Source of the DNA: Camelus dromedarius
Taxonomy: Eukaryota
NCBI RefSeq assembly: GCF_036321535.1
Contig: NC_087438.1
Coordinates: forward strand, 11,968,001 to 12,032,000
Direction of reading: 5' to 3'
DNA length: 64,000 bases
The notes under the pieces were generated by a model. The model did not search any database and was not told where the DNA came from. It saw nothing but the letters and a program-made list of their open reading frames with translations. The position numbers and the translations under genes were made by a program. Shown here one piece after another: positions 37,801 to 49,940 of this stretch; the stretch's first letter is position 1, and the number at the start of each line of letters is the position of its first letter.

Positions 37801-40354
37801 ACTTGGAAGTCCCACAAATATCTCCAAAAACGAGTCCAGAGCAGATGCACCGTCTCTTAGAAACCTGTTCTTCCCTTATCCTCCCCTATTTCGTCTCTTC
37901 TTTTTCTTTCTTTGGGAAAAAATAATTTCTCACATCACTCTCAATCCCACGTTCTGAGGCATTTTCTTCATAGAATTTAGCAGTATCTCAGTTGATCTTC
38001 ACTACTTGCTGACACATCACTATCTGAATCCCTCCCTCCCACGAGAAGGTACACAGGGACCTTATCTTCTTGTTCATTATCATCTCCCAACAATTGTACA
38101 GAGCGTGGTAGAGCTAGCTCCTAGAACAGCACATACGCCTATTATTTAAGGGTGATATTCTTAGTTAATATTAATTACATCAGTAAGTGAAGAAATGCTC
38201 CAAATGGTCAACATAGGCAAAAACATGGGAGCTATATTCATGCTTCCCTCTTCCTCACCAGCCGGAGAAGACACTCACCAAGTGCCACCAACTCTCACAC
38301 ACTGAGCTGTCTTTGTAACCACTCTTGTGACTGTGCCTGCTGTGGTTGCTGTCTTCATTCCGTCCAGTATCATCTGTTTCCCATGCTAGGGGCCACCAAA
38401 CGTTTGTGCTCAAGCACCCCAGCTGGATACACTATCCAACAATATTGTGCATTTATAAATTACACACATATATATTTTCAGAGTACATATATGACTTGAA
38501 AATACTTTATGTACTTCATAAATCATACATAAAAGAAAAACATGTAGAGAGAAAATAAATACAAGTATACTTTATAATTGCAAAAGAAAAAAAACCCTAG
38601 AGGTCTATCAATGAGAGATTAATTAAATCATGGTGCAAAGAAATCCTACGCTAAAAAGGATGAGACATATTATAAAAGTCTTTCCATTATATAGCTAGCT
38701 TTAAAAAAAAAAGAGACTAGAAAACAAAATGCAAAGTATCCCACTGATGTAAAAATATACATTTATTATACACGGATGAAAATAATCTGAACAAAGATAG
38801 GTCTGAAGAAAGGGGAAATAGGACAAGAGGAAGTGGGGGAAGGGGGAGGGGAAGGGAAAGTGCTTCAAAGGGTCTACACAGAGGCATTAATTGTGGTTTT
38901 CTTTTCTGGCTTAAGAAAATAATGAATATTTTCTATTCTATTCTTTTTGCCTGTCTCTATTTTCTACTTTTCAGCAACAAATACAAATTACTCTTATGAG
39001 AAAAAAAAGTTCTTAAAACATGAAAAAGAAAAAAGGTTACTTTTAAATGGAAGGGGAAAACTTTCTGTGGCTTCCTGTCACAAAAGGGAAAAAATAAAAA
39101 AACCCTCTATTCTTTCACTTGGGAAACAAGGTCTTCAGGAGCGCATGCTGCCCCCGGCGGGCTCAGGATTTTTTCCCTCAAGCCAGACCAGGAAGAGCTT
39201 CCGTCTTCAAGGAGCTGACCGCTTGGAAGAAGAAGACATGTGCTGGCTGAAAGAATGAGAGAAAGAAAGCAGGAGCCAGCCCTCCCTCCACCCACTGACT
39301 CGAGAGGGTAAGAACCTCCCATACCCGACCAAAGACTCCCGGTGTCGCCAACACAGAATTTGTTTCTCGTGAAAATTCACAGTGTACATGATGCATTTTG
39401 CAAAAGTGGAATAAGGGTGTAAACTAGTGGAAACCCAGAGCTGCACAGGATACAGCTGGAAAACTATGACCGAGATCATCTGGATAGTCAGTCTTCTTCT
39501 TATTAATAATTAGTATCAGCCCAGTTACCCATTTTAGCCTTTTATCTTTTTTAAGCTTAGTGTTATGGAGTGTTTTCCTCAAATTTATTTTCATCCAAAC
39601 ACAGCTGGCACTCTAAAACCAACACAGAGTCTCTGAAGTCCTGCCAGCTTTCTGGTCAACCTCCTCCCTCCTTTTCCTGCAGGTACCACCATAGCCACCC
39701 TACTTTCCAGCCCGGGACAGTCCCCGGTTGCATCTCTTGTCCTGGTATAATTAATAACAGACTCTTTTCACTCTCATCCGTGTACCCCATTTAGGCCATC
39801 AATTGTAGGATAACCCAATATATTACCAATTTCTTACCCTTATTTGTCAGAACTTCCATTTTGCTAATTTATGCTGGATTGTTGTTTTGATTATCACATA
39901 ATTTATTATGGTCTCAGCAGGTACCCTCAGATGGAGCCAGATCTTTGCCACAGATGATTCTGTTTAGTTAGTGAGTGCTTCTCATACCTTCCAATCCAGT
40001 CCACGCCACATCCATCATCTGAATGGCCATCATGGATTGAACTATGTCCTCCCTTTAAAAAGATACTGATGGAGCAAACTTGTCTGGAAAGTGTGGTTTG
40101 GACACTTATGGATGCAGCTGCCCCAGGGATGCTGGAGAAGCCAGCCAGCCTGGTGGAGGTGAAAAGGCCCGGAGAGGAAGGACCAAAATATGGGAGAAGA
40201 GTCAGCAAACGGCAGAAGGGGAAAGGGGGTGAAGGAGTGGGAAGAAGTGGGGGGCAGAGGCTAGCAGGCAGCACCAAGAAAGACACAGCATCCTCCAAGT
40301 GATGTGTCCTGTGACAGCCACGTCTTTGTCACGCTGATCTCTGTGTATGTGTAT

Positions 40355-40525
40355 TTTTTAAACAGAAGTATAGTTGATTTACAATGTTAAGTTAGTTTCT
40401 GGTGTACAGCAAAGTGATTCAGTTACACATATACACAGTCTTTTTCAGATTCTTTTCCGTTATAGGTTATTACAAGACATTGAATAGAGTTCCCTGTGCC
40501 CTACTGTAGGTCCTTGTTTCTTATG
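40355..40525 (-). mobile_element. Cetartiodactyl-type L1 3' end
   Basis: GAAGTATAGTTGATTTACAATGTT...TATAGGTTATTACAAGA...GTTCCCTGTGC. Confidence 0.8.
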
Positions 40526-42454
40526 TTTCCTAATGAAAGATCATTACATATTGTTAAATTTTTAATTGTGATACTTAGGAGTTAAGGACCCCCTGAATCC
40601 ACAAAGCAAAGTGTACACCCTGCAAATAACCCACTTGCCGACTTATTCAGTGGGTTCACAGTGGGGTCACGGCGGGTGGAGGGGAGCAGGAAGGGACAGG
40701 GAACCCGGAGCACAGGAGTAGCCTCTGGAAATGTGGGGAGGAAGAGGCCATCTGGCAACGGCTTAAGGAAGCGAGGAGGAAAGGGCTCCGTGAAACAAGC
40801 CAGGTGTTCGGACCTCAGGAGTCACATCACCCGACGTCACTGGCTTGGTCTGTGTGTCTTGCATCCACTGAGACCCATTTCACTGCACTGCACAGGGTCT
40901 CTACAGACTTGTCTGAGACCCATGTCCGAGGGCCTGTTGTCACTGGTGACCGGTCTCACTCCCACCGGCCCTCATGCCTTCTCTCCTCAAAACGCTGTTG
41001 ACATGCCTCCATATCAAGGGGATTTCTCTCTCTCTTTTTATCTCTTCTCCCTCTCATCCTTCCTAACCCCCTCTCACCACCCACCTTCCCCCAAAAATCT
41101 TCTATAAAAGTCCAGCAAGAGTATAGACACTGGTAGACATCAAATTCCCAAGGTGCCAAACGTCACGCTTCCCTCCACAGAATAATCCTGAAGAATGATA
41201 ATCCTGTTTCTGAACAATCTTGCTTGCTTGCTTGATTTAAAGCTCTCTTCTAAGGCTCCCTGTGTATTTCAGGGGTGGAGGTCCTTGACAGAGAATCTGT
41301 GGTTCCAAGGAAGTGAGAACAAATGGCCGCAGCAGAGGAAGAAGTCGGGCCGATCTCACTGCTCTCAGTAAACATAAGGAAATGGAAAATTTCTAAGGCC
41401 ACGGATCGTGGAGACAGAGGTCTTTGTGGACGGCAAAGACCGGAGGGACTCAAACAAGAGCGGCAGGCAGCTCAAACCGAACCTTATCTCTTGCACTTAA
41501 AAATACAGGGCAAAACAGAGGGCAACCGAAGCCTAGGTTTACCTGCAGATTATGTAATACTTTTGTTATATGTTAATCTTCCTTATCACATGTTGCTTAT
41601 GTCTGTGTTAAAAAGTATCTTTTCATTCCTTAAATAGCACCTGATAAGATGCTTCTTGGCTATCCATTTACCCAGTGTTTTGTGGAGAAGCCAAACTGAA
41701 ATGGAGACTTTCCAGCTCAACAACCCAGAAATAGTTAATCATTATTAGTTTTAGGGTAAGGGTCCAGGGACCAGAATGCCTCTTCCTAGTCCTGTATCGC
41801 CATGCGTCATCTGATCCCCTTGTGGCCTTGGCTGGCTGCGCTCACCCTGCTGCCCCGGCCTCGGGGAGGGGTGGGAGATCTCGGACACTACGAGGACCTC
41901 CCCTCCAGGGAACAGGGTTTCCGGGAATGTGCTCCCGGCCTGCTAATACCCTGCAGCCTCGAGGCAGTTTTGAAGAGGAACCAGCCCCGTCAGGAGCATT
42001 TGCTGCAAGAGACGCTGGGTTATCTGCCGATCCTGGTCTGTGGGAAAGAAGCCTTAACTTAAGAGACCTCGTCACGGCTTTCCTGTAGGACAGAGCCCTC
42101 CAGTGACCCAGTGGACCAGTGTCTCCTTACTGCCCCAACCACCGTCTGACCGTCAGATAATAAACTGTGTGGCTTCTCTCCCTCGGGCACCTCAAGATTC
42201 CAAGTAAGATACGAGCAGCGATGTGAAGCTGTCCGTGAGTGAGTTCATTTCTAGCGGGGTCTGAGTAAAACTCTTTCAATGACTAGCAGAAAGCAATGAG
42301 CTTTAGAAAAACTGAGCAAAACAAATCCAAAACGTGACCCATAAAGAGCCTAAGAAGAGAAACTGGGCCATTAAGAGGGACAGGGTTATCTCTGAGTTCC
42401 TGCCTCCACAATTCCTTATGTACCCAGCACCTCTCCCCTATAAGAATAACAGGC

Positions 42455-43330
42455 TTGTTTTATTTTAATAAACGTTTTTATTCTGGAATGGTTTTAGGTT
42501 TTCAGAAGAGTTGCAAGGACAGCACACAGAGCCCCCGGATACCCCTCACTTAGTCTCCCCTGGGCTAACATAACATACGTAACAGCATATACGTTACCAC
42601 CACACACTGGTCAAAACTAAAAACCAACACTGGTAAATTACTATGAACTAAACTCCAGACTTTATTTGTAGGTTTTCCCACAAACGTCCTGTTCTCTTCC
42701 CGGATCCCACCCAGGGCACCACGGTCATATGTCCTCAGCCGTCAAATGTCCTCAATCTCCCTGGTCTGTGAGAGTTGCTCCCTCTTTCCTCGGTTCCATA
42801 CCTCACAGTTTTGAGGGGCATTTTGTAGATATCGGTTATTTTGCAGAATGTCCCTCAGTGTGGTTTTGTCTGATGTTTTTCTCATGATTAGATTGAGATT
42901 ATGGGTTTGGGTCAAACGACCGCAGAGGAGAACGGCCCTTCTCATCACGTCGGGGGCTCCGTGCTGTCTACAGGACTTCTCGCTGATGAGGTTCACCTGC
43001 ATAACAGAGTGTCTGCTCGGTTTTTCTATCGCCACGTTATTGTTTCTCCCTTTCCCTACTCTACTCTTTGAAGGCAAATCTAAGTCCAACCCATGTTCAA
43101 GGGGGAAGGGAGGTGGTACACAGGGACCCAGCTCTGCCCCTTGAATGCGGGAGCAACACTATATATTATTCAGAATTCTTCTGTAAGGAAGATCTGTCAC
43201 TCCTCTCTCCTCATTGACTTATTTATTCAGTCACTTATATCAATAAGGTCTTAAGTGGACTCATAAGAACTTAGAGTTTGGATTATAACCCAGGGCTCTA
43301 GCATTGATTTTGTTGCTCAAATTGTTCCAG
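42455..43330 (-). mobile_element. L1MC4/L1MD-like 3' UTR relic
   Basis: TTTTGCAGAATGTCCCTCAGTGTGGTTTTGTCTGATGTTTTTCTCATGATTAGATTGAG...TTTTGTTGCTCAAATTGTTCCAG. Confidence 0.75.
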
Positions 43331-44864
43331 CCGCCAACTCTGCTCACCCTGCTGGCTCCAAGGGCTCCTCCTCCAACCCCTTAAGAGACCTGACCTGGAG
43401 AGGCTACCTCTCTGCTCTCTTGGCACAACTCCACTCACCTGGCCCAACCCTGGCTCCCACTCTAGAGCTGAGCTTGGAGTTAACCAGCGGGCACCCAGTC
43501 CCCTCCAAGATCGTCTCGCTCCCCTCCCACCCGGCGTCATCACCAGCCAAAGGGCAACACCAGGACTGAACTCAGAAGCCAGAGGTGGGCTGACACTTGG
43601 GCGCAAAGGCCATGGATGTGTGCCAGGTGGGGCGCTGCGTGCGGCCCTCCTCAGGGTGCCAGATGCCGTGAGGCGTGTCCTGGGAGAGGAACTGTCTGCC
43701 CACAGGAGCTGCCGCCAGTGTGTTCTTGTGAAAGCACGATAACCTGCCATTTTTTCCCTCACTCTGATCAGATTTCCAGGTTTGAAACCAAGTTCAGATT
43801 TCCCTTCCACGTGTGCCACGCGTCCTTAACGTTTCATGTTTCTTTCCTATTTTGAGTCTAGAGGAAGTCCATGGTTTGAAAATGGAAACGAGTCTTGGCT
43901 GCTTCACCTGCACCCACTTTTAGCATCAAACCATGGCAACGTCACACACACAGCTCATCACCAGTGTTCAGAGTGGATTCACGCCGCCAGACGCTACTTT
44001 CAGTCTGCTTATTTATAACCAAGGTGAATTTCTCCATCAAATTTGACTTTACATTTTTTTCATATGACAATGAAATCCTAAGTTGTACTGAAAACCAGAG
44101 CGGGCAATGACGGTTTAAGACATGTCCTTGTCTTGAATTTTACAAGCAGTAAAAATTTCAACATGGCCCGTGTCAGGAGCCATGAAAGATGCCAGGAACA
44201 ACATGTGTTTCCACACCATCTGCGGAGGGACAGGCAAGAGGGGACACTGTGTTTAAGTGTGTCTTCCAGGATGAATGGGACCCCTTCTCTTGCCATGAAA
44301 GTGCCACTGCGTTCATGGAAGATTCCAGAGAGTCTCCCTGACAGTGAGAAACAGCTGTTCCTAAAAGCACAGAGTTACAAACCCTACAGGCAAAACTGAG
44401 GCTCCGCTTGGTGGTGTCAGCCTGAGAAACAGGCTTCCAAGGCTGAGATCCTGCCTCCCTCGGCCCTGCGTGTCCCTCCAAACAGGCACGTTCCTTTAAA
44501 ATCTGCTTTGCTTCCTTTCGCTTGAAATTATCCCTCCAAAAGAAGATGTGGTCACGCATTTGTGGTCTTACCAAATCTGCCCTATACCAGAGCTGTACAT
44601 TCAATTTCTTTACTTTGAATAGGAAGAACGGCTGAAATGACTTCCATCAGTGCTGGTTTGGGAAGCTTTTAGATGTCACAGAGGTTACCAGTTAGGAAAA
44701 AAATAAAAACAAGACTAATTAAAGAGAAGGACATTTATCACAGATTTCATAATTACTCGTGGGTGTGTGGCTTCACTACTGAAGGGGCTGTGTTACTATA
44801 AAATAAACTTTGCAAAAGTTTCTTCTAAAAGCAATATACTCAGTAGTCGTGTGATGAAGATTGA

Positions 44865-45195
44865 TCAATGTGGTTTTCCAGAGGTGGAGGTCGTGGGGGG
44901 GGGACTGGGGAAAGGTGGTCAAAAGGTACAAACTTCCAGTTATAAGGTAAGTTCTGGGGATGTGAGGTACAGCACGGTGACCCGAGTTAATAATACTGTA
45001 CTGTGTATTTGAAAGTTGCTAAGAGAGTAGATTTTAAAAGTTCTCATCACAAGAAAAAAAATCTAACTCTGTATGGTAATGGATGTTAACTAGACATTGT
45101 GGTTATCTCTTTGTAGTACATATATCAGATCATTAAGTTATACACCTGAACCTCATACAATGTTATATGTGAATTACATCTCAATAAAACTGGAG
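44865..45195 (+). mobile_element. L1MA9-like 3' end
   Basis: AAAGGTACAAACTTCCAGTTATAAG...TTGAAAGTTGCTAAGAGAGTAGATTTTAAAAGTTCTCATCACAAG...CTCAATAAAACTGG. Confidence 0.85.
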
Positions 45196-45958
45196 GGGAG
45201 ATAAAACGAGGGGGAAAAAAGATTGATTAAATTAGCTGTTTATAGCTTGATACAACTTCCAGTGATTCTGCTTTTATTAAAGTCCTCCATCATAAATTAG
45301 GAATGAGGATTACTTGCTCTGGAAAATGCATCAGGCTCAAAAAGTGGCCCTAGTTTTAATAAAACTGACACAAAGGGAGACCAGGAGAAGCAGTATTTTA
45401 AAACTAATATGTAAGTAAGATGTGATTTTATATGTATATCTACAGAACTAAATCAGCTAACAGTGATTTTGCAGTGGTTACAATTAGTACAAGTAGAAAA
45501 TTGGGCCCTTTAAGTTTATATTCCAGGAAGCCTATATAGTCAAGGTGGCCAAACGCTTTTCCTGGATCTTGGTGAGGGAGAGGAGGGCCGGCACCATACA
45601 TTCGAGGTTCATGTATGTCGGGTACGAACTGATTTCCAAGGAGAATGGTAAGTCACCAAAATAGTCAGCTCTGGCCGCTATGTGGAGACCTGCTCTTCAG
45701 GGTCAGGAGAAGGTCTGGGGGTCAGTTAGGGGTAAGATCTGGCCCAGGTCCAAGAGGATGACAGAGTATGGGGGGGGGGGAGGTCAGGGCCACATGCTGG
45801 ATTCGGGGCCCAGTGTGTTTACTGATGGATTAAATGCGTGGAATAGGAACATGGTGAAACCACACAGGACTTCAGTCTTCTCACCTGAACTCCACGCAGT
45901 CCTTAAAAGCACATTTCTGAAGACCATCTAATGGCCTGGGATGCTTGACATATTAAAA

Positions 45959-46160
45959 CAGGTTGGAAAACTTTTCTGCAAATGGTCCCATAGTAAATAT
46001 CACCAACTTTGTAGGGCACATGGTCTCTGCCACAGTTAATCAACCCCACTGCTGCCGCCCAGACAACACGTACACGAATGAATGCGGGCCAACCTCTCTG
46101 TATCTTGTGCAGACACACACACACAGACCACAAGCTATAAACGTGTGCTGCCTGCAACTG
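45959..46160. mobile_element. MER58A-like hAT element
   Basis: CAGGTTGGAAAACTTTTCTGCAAATGGTCCCATAGTAAATAT...GGTCTCTGCCACAG. Confidence 0.65.
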
Positions 46161-47374
46161 ATTAAAGAAAAGTATCTGGAAGAAACAGTGGAGCCCCATA
46201 TTAACAGTGATTATCTCTAAGGTCCTTGTTTTCTTTTGTGTGCTTTAAGTATTTTCAAAAATTTCCCCCTAAATGTGTTCCTTTTGTAATCAGAGAAAAT
46301 GCACCAAAAAAAAAAAAGTGTGGAATTCTACCTTTAGAAATCTAAAAATGAAAACAAAGTTGGGATTCTGTGTTTTGGTGTCTTGATTATCCTTTTGAAT
46401 GGAAATTATCTGCTACAAAAATACTTAAGGAAAAAGGTCATCAGTAAATAAATTCTAAATCGGTGGTTGACAAGAAAATAAGCTGTCATGCTTCCTAGAA
46501 CTGGAGAGTCTGTGTGAGGAATGGAGAAGGCTGTTTTTTTTATTGCATTGGCTGAGTTTCTGGAAAAGATTGTATCTTGAATTAGCAGCTTGACTGTTTG
46601 CTATCTGGATAAACACTGTGTCGCTATGACTGAAATTGTCCCGCCATGTGGGTCACCCTGTCATATAATTAGCCTCTTACCGTATCAGATGCAAATCAAA
46701 CCAGCAGCAGTCGCTGTTAATTCAGTAATTTAGCAAACCAGAGACACTCTTTTCATGGTGGATCCACATCTGATTTGATAGCATCGCCGTCCCACCGAAG
46801 ACGGCAGGAGCACTGTTTGGTGGCGTTACTCAACAGCAAGCAGAAACTTGGAGTACATCAAACATCTTAAGGAATGCCCAGCTATCTTAGCTACTCTTTT
46901 TTAATGTCATTGATTGCATCACTGTGCATCTTGTCAGTCCACAAGCCGTGGAACTGGGTAGAGGGTGAGATTTAACCTCTGAGTATCCTTAAGTTCATGG
47001 AGACCGTACTCAAGCTCTCCCGTTCACGTTATCCTGCACGTGGTCGGGTTCATTGTCTCTGATCATCAGATACCGTTCTCCTTGCATGGAGCTCCTCTTC
47101 CCCTCTGCTCACTCCTCCTTTTCCTCCTTTCCAGGTGTTGATCCAAACAAACATGCTGCAGCTCGTCTCCATCTCACGTCCACTTTCAGGAAACCCACCC
47201 AGGCTGCCATCCTCTCCTCTGTTGCCAAATGTTATTCACTTCTCAATGCGATTGTAACTCCTGGCCTAAGCAATAAACCACTAACGGGCCGCCTCTGGTG
47301 TCCTGTCCTCTCACTGCTGGCACACGGCCTGGGCTCCCAGGGGCAGTTCTGCCAAGAGACCACAGCAGAGAGCC

Positions 47375-47540
47375 TGCGTGGGTTCTGATACTGGCTCGAC
47401 CTGCCAGCTGTGTGAGCTCGGGCAAGTTACCTAACCTCTCTGTGCCTGTTTCCTCGTCTGTGAAATGGGCATCATAACAGTACTTCGTAACAGGTGCTGT
47501 GAAGACTTAACGCATATGTAAATGTTGTAAAGTGGATTAG
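47375..47540 (+). mobile_element. MIR SINE
   Basis: GCTGTGTGAGCTCGGGCAAGTTACCTAACCTCTCTGTGCCTGTTTCCTCGTCTGTGAAATGGG. Confidence 0.85.
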
Positions 47541-47849
47541 ATCAAGTGTATAAGATGAAACGAGAATGTTGTCATGTGCAAAACCCTGAGAACAGGGCAA
47601 GCACTTTGACTGTCCTACTTCTGTGTTTGTTTTAAAAAAAAAAATACAAGAGACAGACAGAGATTCAATCTTACCTCTTCCACGGTGCTCTCTCCAATCA
47701 CAATGATCTCTCCTTTCTCTGTCAGCAGAATACCAGTGTAAGGAATGCATGAAACTAATTTTTTTAGATTTCCTACTCTTTCATTTTTGATCTTTAATTA
47801 CTGCTGGCCAGTTCACCTCCTGAAGAAAGATAAAAATAACTGCACCAAG

Positions 47850-48040
47850 GAGTGCTTACTAGGTACCCAGTGCTCTATATTAGTTATTTCACATAATCCT
47901 TGAAACTTCTTGGGGAAGGTGTTGTTCGAACCCCTTTCGGAGATGAAGAGACTGAGGTTGAGAGGCAAAGCATCTTGCCCAAGGCCACAGGGCTGGCGAA
48001 CGGCTGAGCCAGGGCTACGTTTTTCTTCTGTTGACTCACC
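47850..48040 (-). mobile_element. MIR SINE
   Basis: AGATGAAGAGACTGAGGTTGAGAGG...CTTGCCCAAGGCCACAG. Confidence 0.7.
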
Positions 48041-49814
48041 CACTGCTCAGAGCATAGTTCTAGACTTGTCACACGTGCTTGTTAATTTCATAGTTTGGTT
48101 AAATGGCTGATTCATTTAATAACAGTTCATGGACGGCAACTGCAGGCCAGACATCAACAGGAGGGCAAAGATTAGACATGCTCTCTGTTATCACCAAGGT
48201 CACGTCTGGCGGAGAACACAGACGACTCAACAAGCAGTTACCAGGCAGTGTGAGAGGCGTGGTGATGACAGGGAAAGTACCAGAGATACGAGAGGCCCAC
48301 CATGAGCACGGGATGCATGCGTGGGGTCTGCGGCCAGCAGACAGGGCTTCCCCGGGAAGAAATGTTTCAGTGATGTTAAAGGCCTGGCTGGGGTTGGGAG
48401 TGGGGAGAACTGCGGGTGGAAGCAAGACGACCCCTGGTGCTGTGGCTGGGGACCGGGAAGGGGGCGTGGCGAGAGAGAGCTGCAGGGGGGATACGCGGTC
48501 CCCGAAGCATTAAGCAGGATTTCTTTTAACAAATTAGGCGGCAGACAGCTCTGAACCAGGCTTCCCTTTACAGCGTGTGCAGCGAGCAAACCGACTGGGA
48601 AGGTTTCCGCGTGCTCCTCCTCCAATTGCAGGGTTCCTTTACACCAGAGGAAGCGGCATCCTGAGCACAGCATCAGGGGGCCGTCGGCCCTTCCGGGGCC
48701 CTGCTGACCTGTGAAGGATGCTGGGATGGAGGGAATGGACCGTGTCCTCCTCGGCCTTGGAAACCTTCTTTTAAAAGCAGACACAGGAAGGCAGACCCTG
48801 AGACCAAGCAGTGCGTCCTGATACCCAGTGGAGACCTGGTGACGCTGAACGTCAGTAGCATGTCTGTCACTCAGGTCTGTGGGTATCAGGCTGCTGATGC
48901 GGTTTTCCAGAACATCAGGGGATTCATCTCACTCATTAGTGTTCCAAAGGTTTCCCTTTTTGTTTTATTTCCCCTTTTTGTTTCCTCGTGCTGGGCCTCC
49001 ATGCAGACTAAAAGGGAAAGATGAAAGCAATTACCTAGATGCCGTTTTTAACATTTTTGCAAAGTGCACCTGGATCATTTACGTATTTCTGAAGAAACTT
49101 TTACAAATCCCCTGAACAAGAAGATAGAGGCATGAATTCTCTGCATGAAGTACAAGGCAGAAAATTCTCCTCCAGGGGAAAGTCCTTCAAAAGGTCTGGG
49201 CAGCGAAAAAGAATGACACGTCTTCTCCACACCCACTGACTGATTCACAGTAATGAACGCTTTCCCAACAACAGTAACAAACTCCAAGCATCAGGGTGTG
49301 TTCCAAGTAGCTGAGACCTTGATTACGTGTGAGAACCGTGTTGTCTACACATGTTCTAAGACACGTGATACAAGGTACCCACTGGTCTGACGCCCTGGGA
49401 AGCGATGCTCCCTGAGGTCGTCCGGTGACCTGCACACCTGCCCCGCCCGCCGGAGCGCGCGGACGCACAGAGCGGGTGGAGAGGAGCGATGGCCCTGCGG
49501 ACTTCAGCCAGCCTTATCAGGGCAGAGGCAACCATGTGATAATGTGTGAATGAATCAGAAGGGGAACCCGGGGTGTTTCCACACTCACAGTAACGTTCAC
49601 ACTGCATTTCCAGCCAGTTCTCACCCTCCTCTGCTGGGTGTTTACTGGCCACTTTTCACATGAGCCTCAGAACCACCATCTTACTAATTTGCTAAGAGCA
49701 GATGCCCCGTCTGAATTATACTCAGGGACTGCTGTGATGCTAAAATATCCCTTCCAAACCCTCAAACGGCAATGTTTTCTGCTACCAACTTTCTCCTGGC
49801 AACGATGGGTTCAG

Positions 49815-49940
49815 GTCACTCATTCACTCATCGAGCATTTTTACTGAGCACTTATGAAGTGGCAGGCACTGCACTAGGCCCTGGGGGTACAGGGGTGGAT
49901 AAGGGAGACGTGGTCTCTGCTTCACAGAGCTCCCAGGGTG
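49815..49940 (-). mobile_element. L2 LINE 3' end
   Basis: CATTCACTCATC..TTTACTGAGCACTTATG..GCAGGCACTGCACTAGGCCCTGGGG. Confidence 0.75.

Noticed and set aside
41100..41115. TATAAAAG as the promoter of an antisense transcript
   Set aside because: Isolated motif with no supporting exon structure visible.
41790..42210. Possible old LTR or signal-peptide ORF (MRHLIPLWPWLAAL...)
   Set aside because: AATAAA and composition hint at a decayed LTR, but I cannot assign a family; the 86-aa ORF has no further support.
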